A stretch of 64,000 bases of DNA from Opitutia bacterium (GTDB taxonomy: Bacteria; Verrucomicrobiota; Verrucomicrobiia; Opitutales; T3Sed10-336): contig JBJHCF010000008.1 in assembly GCA_050506795.1 (NCBI GenBank), forward strand, positions 32,001 through 96,000. Reading direction: 5' to 3'. Positions within the stretch are counted from its first letter, which is position 1. Every line of letters starts with the position of its first letter. The notes under the pieces are model-generated. The model was not told the origin of the DNA and searched no databases. It saw only the letters and a program-made list of their open reading frames with translations. The translations under genes and the position numbers were made by a program. Positions 19,297-26,925 of this stretch are shown in pieces.

Positions 19297-19359
19297 GCCC
19301 CTTCGCTCCTTGGACCGGGTTTCCGAGCGCAACCGCCATTAACTCGCGTCCCCCAAAAA

Positions 19360-19410
19360 GTCCGGCTGAAAGCACGGACCTACCGCGTAGCGCCGTTCTT
19401 CAGACGGCGC
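19360..19410. repeat. Inverted pair of GTAG-type REP palindromes
   Basis: GTCCGGCTGAAAGCACGGACCTAC-cgc-GTAGCGCCGTTCTTCAGACGGCGC. Confidence 0.7.
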
Positions 19411-19448
19411 ACAGCACCCATAGCAAACAACGAGGCACTCGATTTTCG

Positions 19449-19473
19449 GGAATCAATACACCTTCCAAACGTC
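19449..19473 (+). promoter_or_regulatory. ECF-type promoter GGAAT-N16-CGTC (His-rich sORF)
   Basis: GGAAT caatacaccttccaaa CGTC, 11 nt before ATG 19485. Confidence 0.65.
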
Positions 19474-19484
19474 TTAAATGCGTC

Positions 19485-19649
19485 ATGAAATCACTACCGG
19501 GACTGATCATATTGTTGTTCGCTCTGGCGGTCACGGCCTATGTCCCCCGTTATCATCACGGATTCCGGCACCACCGCTTTCACCATCGTCGCCATTTCCA
19601 CCATCGCCGCGGGGGATTCTACGGGTATCACTATTATCACCATTATTAG
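19485..19649 (+). CDS. Small secreted His/Arg/Tyr-rich peptide (54 aa, not in the ORF track)
   Basis: MKSLPGLIILLFALAVTA-YVPRYHHGFRHHRFHHRRHFHHRRGGFYGYHYYHHY*; signal-peptide-like N-terminus; ECF motif upstream. Confidence 0.7.
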   Translation: MKSLPGLIILLFALAVTAYVPRYHHGFRHHRFHHRRHFHHRRGGFYGYHYYHHY

Positions 19650-19787
19650 CAGTGAGGCGCAGCCTCAGACCCAAGCGTAGCATCCCGCCCTGCGGGATGA
19701 CCCCGAACCGGGAATCGATATTTAACCACAGACGAAGCAGAGCGCAGATGGGCACAGACAGGGGCGTGGGGTTGGTTGTTGGACGGC

Positions 19788-19898
19788 GCGGAGCTACGGG
19801 GAATCTGGAACTCGTAGCGCCCTGCTTTAAGCGGGCGTTTGGCCGGCGTGAGGACGACGGTTGCCGTGACGAAGACTCCGGCTGAAGCACGGAGCTAC
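19788..19898. repeat. Cluster of GTAG-type REP palindromes
   Basis: GTAGCGCCCTGCTTTAAGCGGGCG at 19814, CTCCGGCTGAAGCACGGAGCTAC at 19876, and a partial copy near 19790. Confidence 0.65.
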
Positions 19899-20163
19899 GG
19901 GCGAGTTCGGAACTCATTAAAGCATTGCTGAACGGTGAAGCTTCTCACACGGAGGTGAGCCCAATTTCCGTTGTATTCATGGATTTGTTAACCGCATAAC
20001 AAACCAGAATTAATGACAACGTGAAATTCCCCCGAAACCGATCCGCAAAGATACCAAGCCTCTGCCTTTGAATCTGAGTCATCAGTCCTGCAATCTGTGG
20101 TCAAAAAATCCGTGATAAGCCGTCGTTTCTCAGCCATGCCAGATTGCTAAATCACTCCGGATC

Positions 20164-21357
20164 CTAATCTGGCTTCCGCCGTTCCGGATGTTCAAAGGAA
20201 AAATCCCCGGCACGGACCATGTCCAGTATCTCCTCGATCTTCGGGCGGTCTCCCCAATACGTTCCGTGATACGCGAGCCGGACGACGCCTTCCTTGTCCA
20301 CGATCACCGTAGCCGGCCGGTTGATCCATTCGGCGTGCACGACGTACTGCATGGGATCGACGCCATAGGTAGCCCCCACGCCACACGCCAGATCGACGAG
20401 ATGCGGCCACCAGCGGCCATCCAGATATCCCGCCTGCGGCGAGTCGTCACGGCTGAACCAATAAGTCGGCTGCATCTCTTCTCCGGTCATCACCCGGCTG
20501 CGAAAACGGTCGTGGCATTCGATGGTAAACACCTGAATATCCTCTTTTTCAAATTCCTCGCGCAGGCGAATCAAATCCTGAAACTCCCCGTGACAGACCG
20601 GGCACCAATCGGCGAAAATCCAGATCAGCACCACAGTTTTCTCACCGCGAAAGTCCGACAAGCGCCATGTCCTGCCCTCCGTATCTTCGAGTTCGAAATC
20701 GACAGCCGGCTCGCCTTCTTTCAGGCGCCGAAAATCATTTTCGTCGAGCGCAAGGTAAGCCCTGGCGAGACTGTCGTCGATGCCGAGACCGTTTTCGATC
20801 TGGTAAACCGAAATTTCGCACTGGTGGCGGACATCCCGGCTGGAGTCGTCGTTCGCCCGCTCGCGGAGCACATCCAGCGCGCGCTCCTCGCCGATCTGCC
20901 CGAGAGCCACCGCGGCCTGGCTGCGCACCGTTTCGTCCGGATCCGTTCGGAGGCGCTCGCTCAAGGCTTCGACCGCGGATCCGGCGCGAAGCACCCCGAG
21001 CGCCGTCGCTGCGACATGCCGGACGTGCGGATTCTCATCATCGAGAGACTCGATCAAAACCGGTATCCCCTCCTCCCCGAGCCGTACCGCGTCGCGAATC
21101 GCGAGCGTCCGAACCCGCCAGCCGTCGTCGTCCATGTCGGCGACGCCGTGGACGTCCAATTCCCGGTCGTAAGTAAACCCGTCACGCAACGGGTGAAAAC
21201 GGTGCTCCCTCAATTCATCAAACATAGGCGTTTCAGTTTCATTTTCCTGCGCTGCTGCTGCGTGCAGGCCCGCAAGCAATCCGGCAAGACCAACCGCCGT
21301 GCCGGCACACGATCTCGCCAAAGCAGTTAAAAGTAAACGAACGCGTTCTTCATGCAT
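20164..21357 (-). CDS. Exported HEAT-repeat and peroxiredoxin/redoxin domain protein
   Basis: HEAT repeats (VRHVAATALG, VRSQAAVALG), DFELEDTEG..W.LSDFRG, DWCPVC; start ATG 21357 lies just after the ECF motif. Confidence 0.82.
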   Translation of the reverse strand: MHEERVRLLLTALARSCAGTAVGLAGLLAGLHAAAAQENETETPMFDELREHRFHPLRDGFTYDRELDVHGVADMDDDGWRVRTLAIRDAVRLGEEGIPVLIESLDDENPHVRHVAATALGVLRAGSAVEALSERLRTDPDETVRSQAAVALGQIGEERALDVLRERANDDSSRDVRHQCEISVYQIENGLGIDDSLARAYLALDENDFRRLKEGEPAVDFELEDTEGRTWRLSDFRGEKTVVLIWIFADWCPVCHGEFQDLIRLREEFEKEDIQVFTIECHDRFRSRVMTGEEMQPTYWFSRDDSPQAGYLDGRWWPHLVDLACGVGATYGVDPMQYVVHAEWINRPATVIVDKEGVVRLAYHGTYWGDRPKIEEILDMVRAGDFSFEHPERRKPD

Positions 21358-21366
21358 CCTGGTAAT

Positions 21367-21391
21367 GACGAGCGAACCCTTCGAATATTTC
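21367..21391 (-). promoter_or_regulatory. ECF-type promoter GAAAT-N16-CGTC (HEAT-redoxin)
   Basis: GAAAT attcgaagggttcgct CGTC. Confidence 0.6.
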
Positions 21392-21410
21392 AGCTCGCCT
21401 GTTTGTTTAC

Positions 21411-22265
21411 TCATAAATCACCCCACGTCTCCAGGTCCTCCATGCGCTCGAACAGGCTTCGGCAGGCCGGGTTGCCGAACACGGCATCGCAGCACCCCTG
21501 CTCCAGTATCTCTCCGGCTCCGTTCCGAACACAGACACAGGCGATGCGGTCGGTAACGCGCCGGGCCTGGTCGAGATTGTGCGTGACCAGCAGGACCGTC
21601 CGGCGCTCGCGCATGCCGAGGATCAATTCCTCGATTGCCTCGCTCGAACGAGCGTCCAGAGCACTGGTGGGCTCGTCCATCAGGAGCATCTCCGGATCCA
21701 GGGCCAGAGCCCGGGCCAGGCAAAGACGTTGCTGCTGCCCCGTCGAAAGGTTCCGCGCGGAATCCTTGAGCCGGTCCTTCAACTCCCCCCAAAGGTGCGC
21801 CTCGCGCATTGCCCGTTCGACGACTTCGGCCCGCTCCGATCGAGGTACACCTTTCACTCGGCGCACCCCGAAGAGAACATTCTCGGCGATGGACACCGGA
21901 AATACGCTCGGTTGCTGGAAGACCATCCCGATCCGCACGCGCAAGGCATCGGTATCGACACGGCGAGACAGAATATCTTCTCCCCGGTAGAGGATCCGGC
22001 CTCGGACGCGAAAGCCCGGCTGCAAATCCACCAGACGGTTGATCGTTCGAAGCAGCGTACTCTTCCCCGCTCCCGAGGGTCCCAGGATGCCGAAGATTTC
22101 GCCCGGCTGAACATTGAGCGAAACACGGTTTAGAATGCTCTTGCCTTGCGCGGTAACGGAAACGTCCTCCAGAGCCAGCACGGGCGCTTGCGAGTTCTCG
22201 ATACCGCCGAGCGCAACGGTTTCTTCAGGATTCCCATCGGATTTCTGATTTTCAATCGGTTCCAT
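21411..22265 (-). CDS. pstB: Phosphate ABC transporter ATPase
   Basis: GPSGAGKST, GMVFQQP, LSTGQQQRLC.ARAL, LMDEPTSALD. Confidence 0.88.
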   Translation of the reverse strand: MEPIENQKSDGNPEETVALGGIENSQAPVLALEDVSVTAQGKSILNRVSLNVQPGEIFGILGPSGAGKSTLLRTINRLVDLQPGFRVRGRILYRGEDILSRRVDTDALRVRIGMVFQQPSVFPVSIAENVLFGVRRVKGVPRSERAEVVERAMREAHLWGELKDRLKDSARNLSTGQQQRLCLARALALDPEMLLMDEPTSALDARSSEAIEELILGMRERRTVLLVTHNLDQARRVTDRIACVCVRNGAGEILEQGCCDAVFGNPACRSLFERMEDLETWGDL

Positions 22266-23103
22266 GACTGGTACGGGTTTTCAGGCGCAGGGGCAGCGCC
22301 GTCAGGTTAACAACAAAAACGAGCATCACCAGCACCAGGGCCGCTCCCCAAAGTTGCTCCTGTGCGCCGGGATGGAAACTGTCCTGGGCCAAAACAAAAA
22401 TATGGTACGGCAGGGCCAGGACCGGATTGTCGCGAATGCCGTCCGGCAAGGTGGCACCCGAAAACACCGCCGCCACAAAAAGAATGGGCGCCGTCTCCCC
22501 CGCCGCACGCGCCAACCCCAGCAGCGACCCGGTCGCCAGGCTTCCAAAACTTTGCGGGAGGATTACCGAGGTGATGATCCTCGAACGCCGCAACCCCAGT
22601 CCCGCCGCCGCTTCCCATTGTTCGGGAGGAATGGCTCCGATGCCCTTGATCAGCGACACCGTCACCGTCGGCAAGATCATCAACGCCAGCACCGCTCCGC
22701 CGGCCAGCCAGGACTTGCCCATCCCCAGGATCTGCACGAAGAAGAGCAGGCCGAGAATGCCAAAAAGAATCGAAGGCAGCGCCGCCGCAAGATGTAGAGT
22801 GCCCAGCAAACTGTTCCGTGCTCTTTTCGGGAGATACACGGTCTGCGCCAAGGCCAGTCCCACCGCCAGCGGTACGGCCAACGCGAGCGAGGTCACCACC
22901 AGGATAACGGTTCCCAGAATCTGGTACCGCAACCCGCCTTCCGCGCCGGCCGCGGTACTCGGATCGACCAGCAAACTCCAGCTCAACGCCCCGACCCCGC
23001 GCCAAAGGATCCATCCCATCAAACCCGACGCGATCACCGCGCAACCGATCGCCGCGACTCCCGCGATCCACGCCACACCAAGATTTAACACCCGCCGTCT
23101 CAC
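22252..23103 (-). CDS. pstA: Phosphate ABC transporter permease PstA
   Basis: GGL..QILGT, PSILFG, LARAAGETAP; GTG start overlaps the pstC stop. Confidence 0.85.
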   Translation of the reverse strand: MRRRVLNLGVAWIAGVAAIGCAVIASGLMGWILWRGVGALSWSLLVDPSTAAGAEGGLRYQILGTVILVVTSLALAVPLAVGLALAQTVYLPKRARNSLLGTLHLAAALPSILFGILGLLFFVQILGMGKSWLAGGAVLALMILPTVTVSLIKGIGAIPPEQWEAAAGLGLRRSRIITSVILPQSFGSLATGSLLGLARAAGETAPILFVAAVFSGATLPDGIRDNPVLALPYHIFVLAQDSFHPGAQEQLWGAALVLVMLVFVVNLTALPLRLKTRTSHGTD

Positions 23104-24044
23104 GCCCGCCCCTTTCCTTTGCCCTGCAAAAACCGGGCGGTCCCCAGGCAGACGACCGTGATGGCCACCAGAATCAAACACAGCCCCATCATCGCGCCCC
23201 AGTGCAACGGGTCGCCGGCAGCCAAGTGGGTTTCCGGCCCGCCGAGCTTCGAGGTCAACGTCTGCCCCGGCTGAAAAATCATCTCCAACGAAAACCACTT
23301 CTCCGGCAACTGGTTGTCCATCCGTCCCACCACCAGAAACACCGCGATCGTCTCGCCCAGCGCCCGGCCCAGCGCCAGCAGGGCGGCGCCCACCACGGCA
23401 GGCCAGGCCTGCGGCAACACCACGAGGAGCACGGTCTCGCCCCGAGTCAGGCCGAGGCCGCGTGCCGCAGCGCGCTGATCCTGATCGACCCCGCGCAAGG
23501 CGTCGTCGGACAGCGTCACCGTCAAGGGCAATGCCATCACCGCCAGCAACAAGCCCGCCGTCAAGAGCGTGTCCCCGGTCCATCCCCCGAACGGCTCCAC
23601 CGCGACGCCCACCCACTCCCGAAGCACCAGCACCCCGAACAGCCCGTACACCACCGACGGCACCGAAGCCAAAGCCTCCACAAGGAGTTTCATCCCCCAG
23701 CGCAGCCGGCGCGGCAGGTACTCCGACAAAAACACCGCCGCCAGCACCCCCAGCGGCGCCGCCACCAGAACCGCGATCGCCGCAACCGCGACCGACCCGT
23801 AAAGCATCGCCCCGGCGCCGAACAGTTCGTGGCGGTAAAACCATTCGCCTCCCAGCAAAAACCCCCACCCCTCGTGCCGCCATATCAGCAGCGACTGCCA
23901 AAGCAGGGTTGCCCCGGCAAAGAGGAACAACCCTCCCGAAAGTATCAGAGATCCCCATACGAGAGTCGCCCAGGGATCGCGGGTAAAACACCCGGTGCTG
24001 GCTAAAGCCGGGCACTCCTTTTCTATAGCATGCGCCCGCGTCAC
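23100..24044 (-). CDS. pstC: Phosphate ABC transporter permease PstC
   Basis: LASVPSVVYGL, GRALGETIAV. Confidence 0.88.
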   Translation of the reverse strand: MTRAHAIEKECPALASTGCFTRDPWATLVWGSLILSGGLFLFAGATLLWQSLLIWRHEGWGFLLGGEWFYRHELFGAGAMLYGSVAVAAIAVLVAAPLGVLAAVFLSEYLPRRLRWGMKLLVEALASVPSVVYGLFGVLVLREWVGVAVEPFGGWTGDTLLTAGLLLAVMALPLTVTLSDDALRGVDQDQRAAARGLGLTRGETVLLVVLPQAWPAVVGAALLALGRALGETIAVFLVVGRMDNQLPEKWFSLEMIFQPGQTLTSKLGGPETHLAAGDPLHWGAMMGLCLILVAITVVCLGTARFLQGKGKGRA

Positions 24045-24898
24045 AACCCCGCCTCCTCCAGCGACAGGTAACCGTGCCTGCGTACCAGCCTCTGCCCCTC
24101 CGGCCCGAGGAGAAATTCGACCAACTCCCGGGCCGCGCCCTCGGGTTCGCCGTCGGTTACCAGCAACAACGGCCGGCTCAACGGATAACCCCCGTTTGCC
24201 AGGGCTTCGCCCCCGGGTCGGATGGTCTCACCCGAATCGTTGACGATTCCCAGGGCAAACACCGTCCGCCCGTCCACCCAGGAAGCAGAGAGTTGTGAAA
24301 GCGCACCCCGCGTGCGCGACACCTTGGTTCGCACCTCCTCGTTCGCCCCGACCTCCGGGTGGCTCACCGGCGGGGCCTCGCCCGGATCGCCGTACAACCA
24401 TTCCGCAAACACCGACCACGTTCCGCGCCCGGGTTCCTTGTTAAAGAACACCACCCGGCGGTCCGGGCCGCCGAACTCTTTCCAGCTGACACCCGGCCGC
24501 TCGTAGATCACCTGCACCTGCTCGCGCGAGAGCGAACGCACACCCGCTCCCCAGACGTCCGGCCCGACCACCAACGCGACCGCGTCCACCGCGATGACCG
24601 TCTCATGGAAATCGATACTGGGATGACGCCGGCGGTCCTCGTCGCCGATCGCTTTCGAAGACATCCCCACCTCCGCCGCACCCGTCCCCACGGCACGAAT
24701 GCCGCCGGCGCTGCCGCCCAACGTGTCGATCCGATAGCGGATCCCCCGTTCCTCACGGAGAATCTCCAGGGCCTCCGTGACCACCGGATTCATCGTGGTG
24801 GACCCCTGTACCCGCAGCACCTCTCCGAACAGAGCCGGCGAAATCGTCCCGGCCAGCATCACACCCCAGACCAACAGCACAAGCTTGCGGAAACCCAT
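24041..24898 (-). CDS. pstS: Phosphate ABC transporter substrate-binding protein
   Basis: V.GSTT, GGS.GG, GMSS, A.DA..VV, YPLSRPL; start ATG 24898. Confidence 0.85.
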   Translation of the reverse strand: MGFRKLVLLVWGVMLAGTISPALFGEVLRVQGSTTMNPVVTEALEILREERGIRYRIDTLGGSAGGIRAVGTGAAEVGMSSKAIGDEDRRRHPSIDFHETVIAVDAVALVVGPDVWGAGVRSLSREQVQVIYERPGVSWKEFGGPDRRVVFFNKEPGRGTWSVFAEWLYGDPGEAPPVSHPEVGANEEVRTKVSRTRGALSQLSASWVDGRTVFALGIVNDSGETIRPGGEALANGGYPLSRPLLLVTDGEPEGAARELVEFLLGPEGQRLVRRHGYLSLEEAGL

Positions 24899-24908
24899 AC
24901 CTCGCAAA

Positions 24909-24933
24909 GACGAACACGCCCTGTCGATATTCC
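24909..24933 (-). promoter_or_regulatory. ECF-type promoter GGAAT-N16-CGTC (pstSCAB)
   Basis: GGAAT atcgacagggcgtgtt CGTC, 10 nt before ATG 24898. Confidence 0.7.
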
Positions 24934-25042
24934 CCCAGTCGGCCAAGTTGCTTTCGGAATCGGATTTTGGAACGTCTTATCAGGTTCTCATGGAAACCTG
25001 GGTGGTGGCGACCCGCAACATGGCGAAACCGGTTCCGGAGAA

Positions 25043-26185
25043 TCAGCAGCATCCCCCTTCCCGGCATTCCGCCGCTTCGGTGGTGGCGGAGTAGTCGGTG
25101 CCTTTGGTTTCGCGGGGATCGCGTTTCGCCGCGCGGCGACAGGCAAACGGCTGCGCCTCTTCGGGCGGGACGGCTTCGTGCGGTTCCAGGAAGACGAACG
25201 CATCGGCGTAGGGAGCGTTTTGGAGAAGCCGGAAGGTTTTATCGCACACGGCGATCCGCCGGCCCCGGGGATAACGGTGTCCGTCGTCGTCGAGGGCCTC
25301 CTTGAACGGCCCCCGGTACACCACCGCCTGCCGGTGCTCAAAGCACGGTCCCTGCTTCCCTTTCCATGCCTGCACGGTGACGGAACGGAACTCGATGCCT
25401 TCCACGGCGCGCCAGGGTTCGGTTTCGAATTTCAAACACTCCATCCCGTAAAAGCCGGCGTCGGCGAAGGCCTGGATAAACGCCTCCTCGGTCAGGGCGC
25501 CCGAGATGCACCCGCTCCACAGTTCCGGATCGTTCCGCATCGCTTCGGGGACGGGCTCGTCGCTGACGATGTCGGAAATCACCGCGCGCCCTCCCCGGCG
25601 AAGGATCCGGAAAATCTCCTGGAAAAGGCGGGCTTTCTCCCGTTCGTCCACCAGGTTCAAGACGCAGTTCGACACCACCACATCCACCGAGTCGGACGCC
25701 ACCAGCGGTCGTTTGACCCGCAATTCCTCCGCCAATTCGTCGGCGGCCAGAAAGGATGCGGCGTCGGTGATCGGACGTTTTTTCAGCTCGGCGTCGAGCA
25801 GTTCGAGATCGAGCCCGAGATCCTGGATGCGGCCCTTGCGAAACTCCACGTTCGCGAAGCCGATGTTTTCCGCCACCACCGGCGCGTTCCGCCGGGCGAC
25901 TTCGAGCATGTCATCGGTCATGTCGACCCCGATCACCTTCCCTTGCGGCCCCACCACCTGGGAGGCAATGAAACAAATCTTGCCGGTTCCGGAACCCAAA
26001 TCCAGCACCGTTTCACCTTCACGCAAGTAACGAGAAGGATCCCCACACCCGTAGTCCCGCTCGACTACCTCCTGCGGAATCGGCTTGAGATAACGAACAT
26101 CGTACTCGACGGGACAGCAAAGGGCGGGTTCGCTGGCGTTCGCAGCGGCGGCATAACGTTCTTTAACGACGGATTCATTTTTCAT
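25043..26185 (-). CDS. arsM: Arsenite methyltransferase-like SAM methyltransferase
   Basis: LCCP, YGCGDP, VLDLGSGTG, GVDMT..ML..AR, VSNCVLNL, LWSGCISGA, AVCDKT, C-terminal CC. Confidence 0.75.
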   Translation of the reverse strand: MKNESVVKERYAAAANASEPALCCPVEYDVRYLKPIPQEVVERDYGCGDPSRYLREGETVLDLGSGTGKICFIASQVVGPQGKVIGVDMTDDMLEVARRNAPVVAENIGFANVEFRKGRIQDLGLDLELLDAELKKRPITDAASFLAADELAEELRVKRPLVASDSVDVVVSNCVLNLVDEREKARLFQEIFRILRRGGRAVISDIVSDEPVPEAMRNDPELWSGCISGALTEEAFIQAFADAGFYGMECLKFETEPWRAVEGIEFRSVTVQAWKGKQGPCFEHRQAVVYRGPFKEALDDDGHRYPRGRRIAVCDKTFRLLQNAPYADAFVFLEPHEAVPPEEAQPFACRRAAKRDPRETKGTDYSATTEAAECREGGCC

Positions 26186-26221
26186 ATTTTTCGAGCACTG
26201 GTTGGGTGATTCTCTGATTCG

Positions 26222-26246
26222 GACGAGCCGGTCAGGAGATTATTCC
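26222..26246 (-). promoter_or_regulatory. ECF-type promoter GGAAT-N16-CGTC (arsM-like)
   Basis: GGAAT aatctcctgaccggct CGTC. Confidence 0.7.
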
Positions 26247-26329
26247 CGGATTCCGGCTTCATCGCGCGAAGTCGAATCACCGGATCTCATCGTGCCTTCA
26301 GATTGCCCTGCACCAGGTTCCCTGGACAT

Positions 26330-26354
26330 GGAATAAACTCCTTTTCGTTTCGTC
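26330..26354 (+). promoter_or_regulatory. Orphan ECF-type promoter GGAAT-N16-CGTC
   Basis: GGAAT aaactccttttcgttt CGTC; shares TCGTCTTCCCAT with the 15911 promoter; no intact gene downstream. Confidence 0.5.
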
Positions 26355-26400
26355 TTCCCATGACGGAGATTTGCAGCCTGGTGATTCGAGATTTGAAAGG

Positions 26401-26646
26401 TCAATCCAGCATTCCTTCCGTCGGATCCAATCCATCCAAAACCAACCCCGGATGCCCCAGTCCCACTCTCTCGAGCAAGACCCCCGTCCCGCACCCGACA
26501 TCCAGCACGCGCTCGTCACCGCGCAGTTCCAACGCCTCCAGGGTTCGCCCGACCGAAACGCCCACGTAATGCCGCCAGCGTTGGTCGTAAATACCCGCAA
26601 GCGAATTATATTCGTCCCTAACATCCATCTGACCCATCAGACCCAT
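26401..26646 (-). pseudogene. Truncated diverged copy of the 5' part of methyltransferase 11689-12324
   Basis: Collinear with 12083-12324 (DEYNSLAGIYD.RWRHYV.VSVGRTLEALEL.GDERVLDVGCGTG), then a stop. Confidence 0.85.
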
Positions 26647-26925
26647 AAACAAGGAGAGAATTCAAACCTTTGAAACTCCCAGAACTTGATGCATGGATGC
26701 CTTTTCCCGACCCAGTCGGCGGTCAGTCGTTCCATCCGCGCACTGGAGCGAGACCTCGACTTTCGCCTTTGGGACCGCCCGGGCAAAAAGCACAGCTCAC
26801 CTTCCCCGGAGAACGCTTGCTGAAGAAAGGGCCCCCCGTTTTCGAGGTGTTTACGGAGGCCCGTCAGGTCGTCGAAGACACCTGCCGTTGGGGGAGGAAT
26901 AAGAATAGGTCGACGACGAAGGCCC

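Noticed and set aside
19478..19917. ORF-track calls 19478-19885(+) and 19531-19917(-)
   Set aside because: They run through REP repeats; the 19485-19649 frame has a signal peptide, a promoter and a coherent composition
11600..20100. Integron cassette array (TA pairs and small genes)
   Set aside because: Genes lie in both orientations with their own promoters; I saw no recurring attC (RYYYAAC...GTTRRRY) pattern and no integrase
22252..24015. 587-aa ORF as a single protein
   Set aside because: The N-terminal 304 codons overlap pstC out of frame; only 22252-23103 is PstA
24359..26209. Long antisense ORFs (also 35912-37579, 50298-52091, 55021-56583 and others)
   Set aside because: Shadow frames of well-supported genes in GC-rich DNA, with no recognisable motifs
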